From NCBI GenBank assembly GCA_965248925.1, contig CBDFLE010000005.1, positions 1,280,001-1,344,000 of the forward strand: a stretch of DNA of 64,000 nucleotides, read 5' to 3'. This document shows, in pieces, positions 19,026 to 29,200 of this stretch (its first letter is position 1; every line of letters starts with the position of its first letter). The stretch comes from Candidatus Multivoradales bacterium. Its GTDB lineage: Bacteria; Acidobacteriota; Thermoanaerobaculia; Multivoradales; J023. The notes beneath the pieces were generated by a model. The model saw only the letters and a list, made by a program, of their open reading frames with translations, did no database searches and was not told the DNA's origin. The position numbers and the translations under genes were made by a program.

Positions 19026-20000
19026 ATGATTCTTGATAGCCAGAGCGTGCTCGAGAAGATCCAAGACCGGTTATTGAACTGCTCTCAGATCCACGGCTGG
19101 CCAGAGATGGTCGAGCTGATCAATCGCCCGGTGACGACTGCCGCGACACCGTGTTGGGAGTATCCACTGATCGCCGCCGAAGCCGTTGGCGGAAGAATGG
19201 ACGAAGCGATACCCGCAGCAACCACGATTTTCTCTCTTTTACAGAGCATCCACCTTGTTGACGACATTATAGACCACGACCCGCGCGGCCTTTTTCGGCA
19301 ACTAGGAGAGGGCAACGTGGCCAACATCGCGCTCGCATTCCAAGCGATCGCGGCGACAGTCTTGGTCGATCTCCCACTACCAGCCAAAGTTATTGCCGAA
19401 GCCCAAGCCTGCGTCGCTGAGGTCGCCCTCAATACAGCTGCTGGGCAACGCCTCGACGCCCTCGAGATCACCGACGAGGCAACTTACTGGCGGGCAGCCC
19501 TGGCTAAGACACCGCCCCTATTTGGCGGCGCGTTGAAGCTCGGGGCACTACTCGCCGGAGCCGAATCGAAAATCTGCTCCCAACTTGAAGACCTGGGGCA
19601 GCCGATTGGCAAGATCGTCCAACTCAGTGATGACCTACGGGACGCCATGGAAAGCCCGGCAAACGCAGACTGGCAAGGCCGCGGCAATAACTTGGCGATC
19701 TTATACGCCACGACAGCAGACTACCCAGAACGGCAGCTCTTCGAAGATCTCCTGCCGCGGGTCGGGGCCGAGCCAGAAGCGCTGACTGAAGCGCAAGGAA
19801 TTCTGGTGCGCAGCGGCGCGGTGAGTTATTGCGCCTTCCATATGATCGAGACCTACCGTGTTGGCAACAACCTGGTCGCCGCGACAGGTCTGGCCAACAG
19901 CAAGTCCATTACCGACCTGCTGGACCACTTGACTCTACCCCTGAAGAGTCTATTGGAGGCTGTAGGGGTCGATACCGCGGCGGAGCTCTTCGAGCCATGA
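19026..20000 (+). CDS. Class I isoprenoid-synthase-fold protein, ComQ-like peptide Trp prenyltransferase candidate
   Basis: First Asp-rich motif HLVDDIIDHD, GQRLD, KT and second motif QLSDDLRD. Lacks the N-terminal GKRxR and the RRG after the first motif. GGAG RBS before ATG 19026, 324 aa. Confidence 0.75.
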   Translation: MILDSQSVLEKIQDRLLNCSQIHGWPEMVELINRPVTTAATPCWEYPLIAAEAVGGRMDEAIPAATTIFSLLQSIHLVDDIIDHDPRGLFRQLGEGNVANIALAFQAIAATVLVDLPLPAKVIAEAQACVAEVALNTAAGQRLDALEITDEATYWRAALAKTPPLFGGALKLGALLAGAESKICSQLEDLGQPIGKIVQLSDDLRDAMESPANADWQGRGNNLAILYATTADYPERQLFEDLLPRVGAEPEALTEAQGILVRSGAVSYCAFHMIETYRVGNNLVAATGLANSKSITDLLDHLTLPLKSLLEAVGVDTAAELFEP

Positions 20001-22912
20001 GGCTGCCGACCCAAAGCCTGACCCAGAATCGCCTTGGCAATGCAGTCTGCGTACTACTCTCTTTCCTGATTCTCACTACTTGCCTATTCTATTCCTACAA
20101 CTTCCTCAAGCGACCGAATTTCGGTTTCTTACTCTACCCCTACACTTGGGCCGTGGACCGAATTACCGAGCCTTGCCATGCGCCGACCGGTTGTCTGGAA
20201 CTGGGCGACCAGGTCCTGCAGATCGGCGACACCCGCTTCGGGACTTTTCGCAACAGTCGTTCCAGTCGGCTCTACAACTCTTTCAAAGTGGGTCAATCGG
20301 TAGACTTCGTTATTCTCCGCAATGATCAACAGATGACTGTTGCAGTCCAAGTGCTGCCCGGCACCCGGGCTGGAGCGCTCGACAACTTCTTAGCTTTCTT
20401 CTTTCCACTGATCTTCTGGTTAACCGGCAGCATCGCCATAGTCTTTCTGCGGCCGCGGGACGAGCGCTGGCTACTCCTAGTCGCCTTCTGGTACGACGTC
20501 GCTCTTTGGACGGCTTCTGGATTCGTCTCGGCGACTCAGATGTCCTACTCGTCAGTCGTTTTCAATTTCTCGATATGGCTCTTTATCCCGTTGATTATTC
20601 ACCTTCACCTGATCCTGCCAAATAGTATTCTGCCACGAATCGACCGCTGGATTCTACCTCCCCTCTACCTCGCCACCTTGACCTTGCTGATTCTCGACCA
20701 ACTTTACTTACTCGAGCGCTCAGTGAACCTGCAGTTGTGGCTGATCTCGATCGGTACCTCGCTGGTATTGTTGGCATCGCGTTACTTCCGCCAAGTCCAA
20801 ATGGCCAGTCGAGTGGCGAGCCGCCTTATGGCTTTTGGTGTCGCCATCGGCTTGGGCCCATTTGTGATCACCCTTTACATCACTCTCTTTCTCAACTTGC
20901 TACCAAAATACAACCGGCTTCTCGATGGCGTCGCGATGCTCGTGGTACCGATCTGGCCAATGTCCTACCTCTACGCAATCTACAAACTGGGACGAAGCAA
21001 GTTCGAGTTCCGTGCCAATCGCTTACTTACTTCCTATGGATTCTTCTCAGCCTACATTGCTCTCTTCGTTGCCACCTACTTCGTCCTCTACTACTTCGTC
21101 GACGACAATTGGCCGGGAATGACCGAGGACCCGGTAATCTTCAGCCTGCTGACTTCCGCTTTATTTGTTGCCCTCGGGCCAACCCTTCGCAATCGCTTCC
21201 AGCAACTTGTAGATCGCAATATCTTTGGTATCAGGTATCGGCCCGAAGCGCTAGTTAGTGGATTCGCAGAGCGCATCCCGACTTCCTTCAATCGCGAAAT
21301 CCTGAAACACCTAATCGTCACCGAGATCTTGCCTACCTTGCTGATCCGACAATCATGTCTATACCTCTTCGACGAGGAAGATCCAACTCCCCTCTACATC
21401 CAGGATCTTCCCTCACACCTGATCGCCCGGCCTCTGGACCGGGAACAGTTAGCTCAGCTGCTGACGTCCTCGGGCCGACATCTTAAGCGAGAGACTCAGG
21501 CCGGGCCGATGTCCTGGATCCGACTGGTGATACCGCTTTCAATCGCCGACCGCTACATCGGAGTCTGGCTCTTCGGCCGGCGTGACCCGGACGACTTTTA
21601 CCCAGAGAGTGACATCAGCCTGTTGCGCAACCTTGCCAACCAAATCGCCCCGGTTACAGAACATGTGCGACTGGTGGAGGCGGCACAACAAGAGATCGAG
21701 GAGAACCGGCGGCTACAAAATCAGCTGGTACAATCTCAGAAAATGGAGGCTGTCGGTCGGCTTTCTGCCGGCATCGCCCACGACTTCAACAACCTGTTGT
21801 CGGTCATTATCGGCTATTCCGATTTGCTGCTGGCTCGGTTTCGTGGGCAGCGTCCAATCCAAGAATACGTGTCCGACATTCGAGATGCCGGCAAGCGTGC
21901 TTCAGTGCTAACCAAGCAGCTGTTGACCTTCAGTCGCCAACAGGCCGTCGAGGCCCAGGTAGTCGACCTCAACCGAGTGATCTCCGAGGTCGAGAGTCTC
22001 CTCAGCCGGGCCATCAGCGGAGATATCGAGCTAAAGGTCGAGTTGGGCAGTTCGGAATACTTGGTGATGGTCGATCCGGGTCAAATTGAGCAGGTGCTGC
22101 TCAACCTAGCAGTGAATGCCAGTGATGCCATGCCCAATGGCGGAGTCCTTGCCGTTAGCACCGATCGAGGTGATCAGACTGCCTGGGGCAATGATCTCAA
22201 TTTGCCCACCAATGACTTTGTTCACCTATCTGTTGCCGACAGTGGTTGCGGTATTCCGAACTCTGCTTTGGAGCATATCTTCGAGCCCTTCTTCACCACT
22301 AAGGACATTGGAAAGGGCACCGGACTCGGGTTGTCAATGGTCTATGGCATTATCAGTCAAAGTGATGGCTATATTTTCGTCGACAGTCGGGTTGCCAGAC
22401 GAACTGGAGGCCAGGTCGACGATCAATCCTACTCCGGCACTAGATTTGACATTTATCTGCCGCTGACTACCGAGAAAATCTCGGCCCCTCTCAACGTTCC
22501 AGAAGAGCCGACTGATCAACCCTCTGGAATTGGCACCATTCTAGTGGTCGAAGATAACGATATAGTTCGTAAAGTCACTTGCGAAATCCTACGCGACTGC
22601 GGATATCAGGTTATCGAGGCCAGTGACGGGAAATTGGCTCTAAGAGTATTCGAGCAGCACACTGGCCACATCGATCTACTATTGACTGATGTGGTGATGC
22701 CGGCCATTAGAGGCCCAGAGCTCGCTCGACGACTACTGCTGATGGCTCCTTCTCTACGGGTGATCCTGATGTCTGGCTACAACGACGAGTCTATGATTGA
22801 AGGCGGCGTTAGCACCTCTTGGCCGATGATTCGCAAGCCCTTCTCCCCGGCATCCCTTTGTCGGGAGATTCACGCCCAACTCGATTCCGGGTCCTCGCCA
22901 GCCAGCAAGTAG
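19997..22912 (+). CDS. Hybrid sensor kinase: TM-PDZ-multi-TM-GAF-HisKA-HATPase-REC (ComP-like input)
   Basis: ATGA overlap with the upstream stop. PDZ-like [11 protein letters not shown], about 9-10 hydrophobic segments, GAF ([22 protein letters not shown]), AHDFNNLL H-box, [13 protein letters not shown] and [11 protein letters not shown]. Confidence 0.9.
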   Translation: MRLPTQSLTQNRLGNAVCVLLSFLILTTCLFYSYNFLKRPNFGFLLYPYTWAVDRITEPCHAPTGCLELGDQVLQIGDTRFGTFRNSRSSRLYNSFKVGQSVDFVILRNDQQMTVAVQVLPGTRAGALDNFLAFFFPLIFWLTGSIAIVFLRPRDERWLLLVAFWYDVALWTASGFVSATQMSYSSVVFNFSIWLFIPLIIHLHLILPNSILPRIDRWILPPLYLATLTLLILDQLYLLERSVNLQLWLISIGTSLVLLASRYFRQVQMASRVASRLMAFGVAIGLGPFVITLYITLFLNLLPKYNRLLDGVAMLVVPIWPMSYLYAIYKLGRSKFEFRANRLLTSYGFFSAYIALFVATYFVLYYFVDDNWPGMTEDPVIFSLLTSALFVALGPTLRNRFQQLVDRNIFGIRYRPEALVSGFAERIPTSFNREILKHLIVTEILPTLLIRQSCLYLFDEEDPTPLYIQDLPSHLIARPLDREQLAQLLTSSGRHLKRETQAGPMSWIRLVIPLSIADRYIGVWLFGRRDPDDFYPESDISLLRNLANQIAPVTEHVRLVEAAQQEIEENRRLQNQLVQSQKMEAVGRLSAGIAHDFNNLLSVIIGYSDLLLARFRGQRPIQEYVSDIRDAGKRASVLTKQLLTFSRQQAVEAQVVDLNRVISEVESLLSRAISGDIELKVELGSSEYLVMVDPGQIEQVLLNLAVNASDAMPNGGVLAVSTDRGDQTAWGNDLNLPTNDFVHLSVADSGCGIPNSALEHIFEPFFTTKDIGKGTGLGLSMVYGIISQSDGYIFVDSRVARRTGGQVDDQSYSGTRFDIYLPLTTEKISAPLNVPEEPTDQPSGIGTILVVEDNDIVRKVTCEILRDCGYQVIEASDGKLALRVFEQHTGHIDLLLTDVVMPAIRGPELARRLLLMAPSLRVILMSGYNDESMIEGGVSTSWPMIRKPFSPASLCREIHAQLDSGSSPASK

Positions 22913-23318
22913 CTCGCAAAGAAAATTGTATTTTCTATATATCTATTGCTAAACCACTGACCCCAGTTTGACCTCGACTGAGCAACCGCGGGGGGCCATT
23001 TAGCGCCCCCTCTAGATAATTCACCCGCCTGCACAAAACCGGGGAATACACTCGGCTCTCATACCTATTGTTAGATGCGTATGGCAGGGTGCTGTTTGGC
23101 CTGACCGCCTGCGAGGCGCTCATCCATACTGTGCGGAGTTGCCCCCTAACGTAAGTTCGCAAGCGAGAGGGAAATTTCTTCTGAAAGGAGAATAGAGATG
23201 CCCTGTGCACCCCACTGACTAGCTCGAGAAGTCAAACTCGCCGAGTCGTCGTACCAGACTCCGACATCCTCCTGCTGCCCGTTCTGGCAGATTCACAACT
23301 AGTTTCAGGAGACCAGCC

Positions 23319-23498
23319 ATGACGATCAAAGCATTTCCTTCGATGCTTCGCCTAGAAGGCCATCCGCAACCGCTGTGGAGGGCATTGAGAAGTCTCACTC
23401 GGAGCAAACTCGAACCGGGCGAGGTGTCCATGCGGTTCCTGAGTTGGGAGCCTTGGGTGCCTGGGCTTGGGGATGAGACCGGAGCAAGTCCGGCTTGA
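23319..23498 (+). CDS. 59-aa putative pheromone/RiPP precursor peptide 2 (paralog of peptide 1)
   Basis: Hand-translated: MTIKAFPSMLRLEGHPQPLWRALRSLTRSKLEPGEVSMRFLSWEPWVPGLGDETGASPA. AGGAG RBS; aligns with peptide 1. Confidence 0.75.
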   Translation: MTIKAFPSMLRLEGHPQPLWRALRSLTRSKLEPGEVSMRFLSWEPWVPGLGDETGASPA

Positions 23499-23582
23499 GG
23501 ACCTCTGGGCGATTGAAACCAGTCTCGTGTCGTTTTCGCCTGGCCTCGTCTTGTCACCACCACCGGCTGCAGGGCGAGGCTT

Positions 23583-25481
23583 CTAGTCCGCCGTTGCTGG
23601 CGGGTCTCGCAGACGATCTGCCAGCCCCGAGCTTCGCAAGGCTGGACTTTCTATCGCGAACCGGAGAATCTCTCGACTGGCAAAGATCTGTACTTTGCTA
23701 CGCGCCCGGGTCAGCGCGGTATAAAGTAACTGCCGGGAAAGCACTGGAGAGATTTCCACCGGCAGTACAATCGCCACCTCTTGGTGTTCTGATCCTTGGC
23801 TCTTGTGCACGCTCGAGGCCAGCGCCGATTCATGTGCTGGCAGCCACGAGGGAGCCACTTCGCGGACTCCATCGGCGGCTGCAAAGTAGGCTTGAGGACC
23901 GCGCTGCGGATGACTGGCAATGACCCCAAAATCCCCGTTGTAGAGTTCTTGGCGGTAGTCGTTGCGGGTGAGGATCAGAGGCCGCCCTTCATAATGCCCA
24001 CCGGCCAGGCGCTGTAAACCCTGCGCAGAGTCCAAGTGCCGCTCAATTGCTGAGTCCACTGCCAGCGCGCCGAGGGCGCCATGGCGATGGGCGCAGAGAA
24101 TGCGGAACTGCTCTAGCAACTCGAGCTTGGCGAGCGGGTCTGAAAGCTCTAGCAGCTGGCGCCAGTTTCTCAGCGCCCGAGTGATTAACTGGACAGGCAC
24201 CTTGCCGCCGGCGGGAGGCTCGATTCTCTGCAACACTTCTTGCCCCGGCTGCTCAAGCAACTGTAATGCTCGCTCGACCTTGCCAAGTCTGACGGCGGTT
24301 GCTAGTTCCTCGATCAGGCCGCCAGCGCTGTAGCGGTAGCTGTGTTGCAGAGTAACTATTGAGTCGCCGATAGCGGCGCTGTCATGGTCCCGATTCTCGG
24401 TCACCGAGTCTGGCTCGGCGGGCTTCAGGCTTTGCTGCGCGACTTCTTCGATATCCTGCCTCAGGCGGGTCGAGAAGCTGGCAGGTGCGGTACAGATATC
24501 GGCCAGAACCGCGCCCGCCTCTACCGCCGCAAGCTGGTCTGGGTCGCCTAATAGGATGCAGCGGGCGGTCTTGGGCAGGGCGCCTAGGAGCCGGCTCATC
24601 AGCGCCAGATCAACCATCGAGGCCTCGTCGAGCACTACCAGATCCGCTAGCAACGGCCGCCCTGGGCCATGTCTAAAGTGGCTTGTACTACCGCCTACAG
24701 ATCCCAGGGCACGATGCACAGTCGAGGCATTCTCGGCTATCCCAGCAATCACCTCCGGCACCACGTCGAGCTGTTGTTTGGCCTGGCGGATCGACTGTCC
24801 AAGCCGTGCCGCCGCCTTGCCGGTTGGCGCCAGCAAGAGAGTGCGCGGCGGCGGCTCACCGGCCGCCAATGCCTGCTCGCTGAGGAGAGTCAGAATCTTC
24901 ACCACCGTGGTGGTCTTGCCGGTGCCAGGGCCACCGGTAATAACGCACAGTCGCCGGAGGACGGCGATGGCCGACGCGACTCGCTGCCAATCGATCGCCA
25001 CGGTCGAGTTCTTAATAAAGAGGCGTTCCAGGCCGTCGCAGAGCAAATCTCGGTCGACTGCCGGCGGCGGCCCCCCGGCTAGCAGATGAAGGCTCTCTGC
25101 AAGGTCTTCTTGATGCCGCCAGTAGCGGTGAAGATAGAGCCTGCCACGGCGATCGAGGATCAAGGGCCGACTCGGCGAGCGCTCTGCTGACGCCGCGGCA
25201 TCGACCAACGGACTGGCGGCCAGCAGCTCCCGCCAACGCCTTGCCGGTGGCCAACTGCGATCTTCGGTGGAATCCTCAGGGCTGCTCGCCGGTGGCGTCA
25301 GCACCCAGCGTTCAAGATCCAAACACGAGTGCCCGCGCCTGAGTTGGCGAGCGGTCAGGGCCACCGCCAACAGCACTTCGGCACGCTCCTCGTTGGCCAG
25401 GCGACCCAGGGTGTGGGCCAGCTGCTCGTCCAAGGCGCCCAACTCGCCGGCTGCCCGCAGCTCTTCGAGAGTCGGTGTCAC
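23583..25481 (-). CDS. recD: Exodeoxyribonuclease V alpha subunit
   Basis: TGGPGTGKTT, APTGKAAARL, LDEASMVD, GDPDQL and VHKSQGSE motifs. GTG start overlaps the recB stop. Confidence 0.93.
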   Translation of the reverse strand: MTPTLEELRAAGELGALDEQLAHTLGRLANEERAEVLLAVALTARQLRRGHSCLDLERWVLTPPASSPEDSTEDRSWPPARRWRELLAASPLVDAAASAERSPSRPLILDRRGRLYLHRYWRHQEDLAESLHLLAGGPPPAVDRDLLCDGLERLFIKNSTVAIDWQRVASAIAVLRRLCVITGGPGTGKTTTVVKILTLLSEQALAAGEPPPRTLLLAPTGKAAARLGQSIRQAKQQLDVVPEVIAGIAENASTVHRALGSVGGSTSHFRHGPGRPLLADLVVLDEASMVDLALMSRLLGALPKTARCILLGDPDQLAAVEAGAVLADICTAPASFSTRLRQDIEEVAQQSLKPAEPDSVTENRDHDSAAIGDSIVTLQHSYRYSAGGLIEELATAVRLGKVERALQLLEQPGQEVLQRIEPPAGGKVPVQLITRALRNWRQLLELSDPLAKLELLEQFRILCAHRHGALGALAVDSAIERHLDSAQGLQRLAGGHYEGRPLILTRNDYRQELYNGDFGVIASHPQRGPQAYFAAADGVREVAPSWLPAHESALASSVHKSQGSEHQEVAIVLPVEISPVLSRQLLYTALTRARSKVQIFASREILRFAIESPALRSSGLADRLRDPPATAD

Positions 25482-28400
25482 TCGCCCTCTCCAACTGCCA
25501 GATCGGGCACCCCGAGGAGCTGGCTGAGGTCTTCGATCAGTTGCGCTGAGGGTAGATCTTGGAAGATGCCGCAAGCCGGCGGGTGATGCTGCCCCACCCC
25601 TCGCAGGAAAAGGTAGATGGCACCACCGAAACTCTGCCGATAACTGTAGCCCGGCTGGCGTAGACGCAGATAGCGATCCACCGCCAGGACGTAGAGGTGG
25701 TATTGCAGAAAGTAGTGGTGCTCAGCCATGGCGGTCGTCAATCTGGCCGGCAGATAGTCCTGGGGTCGCGACCCCAGGTGATTGGATTTGTAGTCAAGCA
25801 CGAACCAGCGGCCATCCTGCTCGAAAACCAAGTCGACAAATCCACGTAAGTAACCACAGAGAGGCGCGAAATCAAGCCGGGCCAGCCGCTGGTAATAGTT
25901 CGGTGCCATCGCCGGCGCCTGGTGTCGCGCGAAGAGTTCGGCTAACTGGTCAGCGACCAACTCAGGCCTATTTCTGGCCGCTGCGGCTGGCAGAGTGAAA
26001 GGCATCTCGACCAGTCGCCGCTCGGCCTGGCACAGTTGGACCGTGCGACCAGCAACCGCGATCGGTAGTTGCAATGCCGCCTCTATCGCAGAGCTTAGAA
26101 TCCCGCCCCAACTGGAATCGAGGCCGAACCGCGCCAGGGCCTCGGCGGTGGTACGCCGCACTTGCTGCTGGTCGGCCGAAGGTTCGAGAAGCTCGAAGAT
26201 CTGATGCACCATATTTCCCGGCTGGCGGCCTGCGGGCAGAGGATCGAGCAGGATCCTCCGCTCCTCGACCGCTGGCGCCAGCAGCGGCGGCCGAGCGCCG
26301 GGCAAGGCGTCGGCCAGATTGTCAGCGCCGTCGAGATCGCGCCCTTCATCGAGGGGCGAACTCTCTGCCCCTCGAACCATCGCCGAAAAACTCGACCAGC
26401 GCCACGGCAAAGATGCCCGGCGCCGAATCTGACGCGGTCGCAGCTCGGCCTCTGTAGGCAGCCGATGCTCAGCGCGATAGCGACTCGCCGGGCGCTCGTC
26501 AATGGGTTGGATTTGCAACCCCACTGCGGCCAGATCAGCAAGCTGCTGCAACTCGAGCCAACGCCCTTCCTCGGACAGGGTCCGCAGACGGTCGCCCGTC
26601 GTGCTCCGCAAGGCCGCCGGATCCTGCTCCGCGGCGGCGGCTGGCAAGGGATGCAGCAGATAACCCAGAGCGCTCTTGTGAGCATCTTGAAAGGCACCCC
26701 AAACCAGCGTGCAACCGTGGCGGGCGCGGGTCAGAGCAACATAAACCAGACGTAATTCCTCGGCAAAATCCTCTTCCGCTGCTTGCTGCCGATGGTGATC
26801 TATCCGCGAGGAGCCCAAGTCCAATTTGCCGCGGTAGCCATCGCTGGGATCGTGAAACCGCACCCAAGGCCGCGACGGCTCGAAATGATCCCAGAGGAAA
26901 GGACAGTAGACCAGCGGGTATTCGAGCCCTTTGCTCTTGTGCACTGTCACCAGCTGCACCGCATGGGCGTCGCTCTCCAGGCGAATCTGCGCCACTTCGT
27001 GGGCTAATGCCCCTCCCCCACTCCCAGCGCGCAGGCGGGCCAACCAGCGCAGCAAGACCTCGGCACTTCCGCCATAGCGCAGCGCCAGGCTGTCGACCAG
27101 CTCGCCGAGGTGACTCCAATTGGTCAAGCGTCGCTCTCCGTCGGCCAGAGCGAGCAAGCGGGCCATGCGCCGCGGATCGTCCAGCATGCGGCGCAGAGCG
27201 GCGAGCATGCCCCGCGCTCTCCACGCTTCCGACCAGCTGGCGAAACGCTGCTGCCAAGCCGCCCAGACATCCTGCTGGCCGGTCAATGCGTGCAGTTCAC
27301 TGGCCGTGCAGCCGATCAAATCAGTCGCCAGAGCGGCCCGCAGAACCCGTGGGTCGCGGGGATTGGCCAGTGCTCGCAAGATCAACTCCAGCTCGGCGGC
27401 TTCGGCAGTCTCGAAGACGCTGCTATCGCCGTGCAGAACACTCGGTACGCCGAGTCCACGCAGAGCCGCTTGCATTGCTGCTGCCTGGGCATTGGTACGG
27501 CAGAGAACAGCCATGTCGCCAGGCACTACCGGCAGTTCGCCGAGGTGGGTGGCACCCTCGAGGCGGCGGCGGATATCCGCCGCCACGACTCGCGGCAGGC
27601 GCTGTCGAGCAGCGGTCTTGGAAATCGGCTTTCCAGGCTTGCCTCCCAGCGAGCCGCTACCCGCCCACAGCACCCGCAAAGGCTGCCGCCAGTCACCGGT
27701 GGCGTCCGCCGCCAAGGTGCTGTGCAGCAGATCTTCGGCCGCCGGTCGCGGGGCGACCTGATCGAAAGCAATACCAGCGAACAAAAAGGGACGCGAGCAG
27801 CGGCCGAAAAGGGTGCCCAGAGCTGCCAGCAGACCGGGATCGGAACGCCAGTTGACATCCAAGGTGTGCACCGCTCGCGCATCCCGCCGAGCGCTGAGAT
27901 AGGCAAAGACGTCAGCGCCGCGAAAGGCGTAAATGGCCTGTTTGGGGTCGCCGACCAGGAGCAAGGTCGGCGGCTGGGCGGCGGTCGCCGCGCCGGTCCC
28001 CAGGTAGATGCGGCGGAAAATCCTATATTGCAACGAGTCAGTATCTTGAAATTCGTCGATCAATGCCGCCGGATAGCGCCCTCTGAGCTGGGCCGCCAAA
28101 CGGCCACCGGCGGCACGATCGAGCGCTTGATCGAGGCCGAGGAGGAGGTCGTCGAAACCCTGGCTGCCGCGGGCTGCTTGCCGCCCTGGCAATTCCTGCC
28201 GAGCCCAGTCGACAAGTTCTAATTGCAAGGTCAGCGCTTGCTCTTCGAGTTGGCTAGTGAGTTCGAGATCCGCATCGATAAGTTCGGCACAGGCCTCAAA
28301 GAGGGGGTGCCGTGGCGTTGGTTTCCCCTTCTTGGTTCCCTTCTCTAAGGCCGCTGGGCTGAGCTTGGCAAGGTCCTGGTGGTAGCGCCCGGGCTGGGCC

Positions 28401-29200
28401 GGGGTGGCCAGCCGATCGAGTGCCGGCAGCAGGGTCTTGGTGATCGTCGCTCGGCGATAGAGGTTACGGTTGAGGGCTGGCGAGTCGAGAAGCAGGGCTT
28501 TGACTTCTCCGCCGGAGGCCCGCCATAGCTCATTCAGACGTTGCCGTGCGCTGTGCCAGCGACCGGCATCCAATGCCGCGGCCGGCCTTTCCTCGCCAGC
28601 CGGCAAGAGCTGCAACCGGGGAGCTGACAGTGCCCGGCTAGCCAACCGCGCCAGGAGTTGCGGGTCAATTCCCCGAGCGGCCAAGAAACGCACCAACAGA
28701 GGATCGGCGCCATGCACTTGCCGCACCCAAAAGTCTTCCGCCAACTCGGTGATGATCGGCCGCGAATCGGTCGGCAGCGGATCGACAAACGACACCCCGC
28801 TCTCGAATGCAGAATCCTGCAACACCCGATGGCAGAAACCATGGATGGTGTAAATCGCCGCTTCGTCGAACTCGCGCACCGCCTGCACCAGGCGAACGCG
28901 ATCCTCTGCCGCCGACTTCTGGCGCCGCTCCAGGTAGCGATCGAAAACCTCTTCACCCGTCAGCTGCCCGCTGTCCAGAGCAGCGATCACTTGGCGCAAA
29001 CGTTGGCGCACCTGATCGCGCAATTCAGCCGTCGCCGCCTGGGTGAAGGTCACCACCAGGACCTGGCCAACCTTGAGCCGACGCTCTAGCAACAAGCGCA
29101 GAAAGAGGGCCGTCAGACTGTAGGTCTTGCCAGTGCCGGCGCTGGCTTGCAACAGCTGAACACCTTCGAGTTCCACCGCCAGCGGGTCGAAGGTCTTCAC
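25478..29200 (-). CDS. recB: Exodeoxyribonuclease V beta subunit
   Basis: ASAGTGKT, DEFQDTD, GDPKQAIYAFRGAD, TVHKSKGLEY and C-terminal nuclease GFVDLVF..DYKSN. Confidence 0.95.
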   Translation of the reverse strand: MKTFDPLAVELEGVQLLQASAGTGKTYSLTALFLRLLLERRLKVGQVLVVTFTQAATAELRDQVRQRLRQVIAALDSGQLTGEEVFDRYLERRQKSAAEDRVRLVQAVREFDEAAIYTIHGFCHRVLQDSAFESGVSFVDPLPTDSRPIITELAEDFWVRQVHGADPLLVRFLAARGIDPQLLARLASRALSAPRLQLLPAGEERPAAALDAGRWHSARQRLNELWRASGGEVKALLLDSPALNRNLYRRATITKTLLPALDRLATPAQPGRYHQDLAKLSPAALEKGTKKGKPTPRHPLFEACAELIDADLELTSQLEEQALTLQLELVDWARQELPGRQAARGSQGFDDLLLGLDQALDRAAGGRLAAQLRGRYPAALIDEFQDTDSLQYRIFRRIYLGTGAATAAQPPTLLLVGDPKQAIYAFRGADVFAYLSARRDARAVHTLDVNWRSDPGLLAALGTLFGRCSRPFLFAGIAFDQVAPRPAAEDLLHSTLAADATGDWRQPLRVLWAGSGSLGGKPGKPISKTAARQRLPRVVAADIRRRLEGATHLGELPVVPGDMAVLCRTNAQAAAMQAALRGLGVPSVLHGDSSVFETAEAAELELILRALANPRDPRVLRAALATDLIGCTASELHALTGQQDVWAAWQQRFASWSEAWRARGMLAALRRMLDDPRRMARLLALADGERRLTNWSHLGELVDSLALRYGGSAEVLLRWLARLRAGSGGGALAHEVAQIRLESDAHAVQLVTVHKSKGLEYPLVYCPFLWDHFEPSRPWVRFHDPSDGYRGKLDLGSSRIDHHRQQAAEEDFAEELRLVYVALTRARHGCTLVWGAFQDAHKSALGYLLHPLPAAAAEQDPAALRSTTGDRLRTLSEEGRWLELQQLADLAAVGLQIQPIDERPASRYRAEHRLPTEAELRPRQIRRRASLPWRWSSFSAMVRGAESSPLDEGRDLDGADNLADALPGARPPLLAPAVEERRILLDPLPAGRQPGNMVHQIFELLEPSADQQQVRRTTAEALARFGLDSSWGGILSSAIEAALQLPIAVAGRTVQLCQAERRLVEMPFTLPAAAARNRPELVADQLAELFARHQAPAMAPNYYQRLARLDFAPLCGYLRGFVDLVFEQDGRWFVLDYKSNHLGSRPQDYLPARLTTAMAEHHYFLQYHLYVLAVDRYLRLRQPGYSYRQSFGGAIYLFLRGVGQHHPPACGIFQDLPSAQLIEDLSQLLGVPDLAVGEGE

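Noticed and set aside
23198-23218. AGGAG-preceded micro-ORF MPCAPH
   Set aside because: Six codons; cannot be distinguished from chance.
23219-23563. 114-aa minus-strand ORF
   Set aside because: It is antisense to peptide 2, which has an RBS and a paralog; it has no recognisable features.
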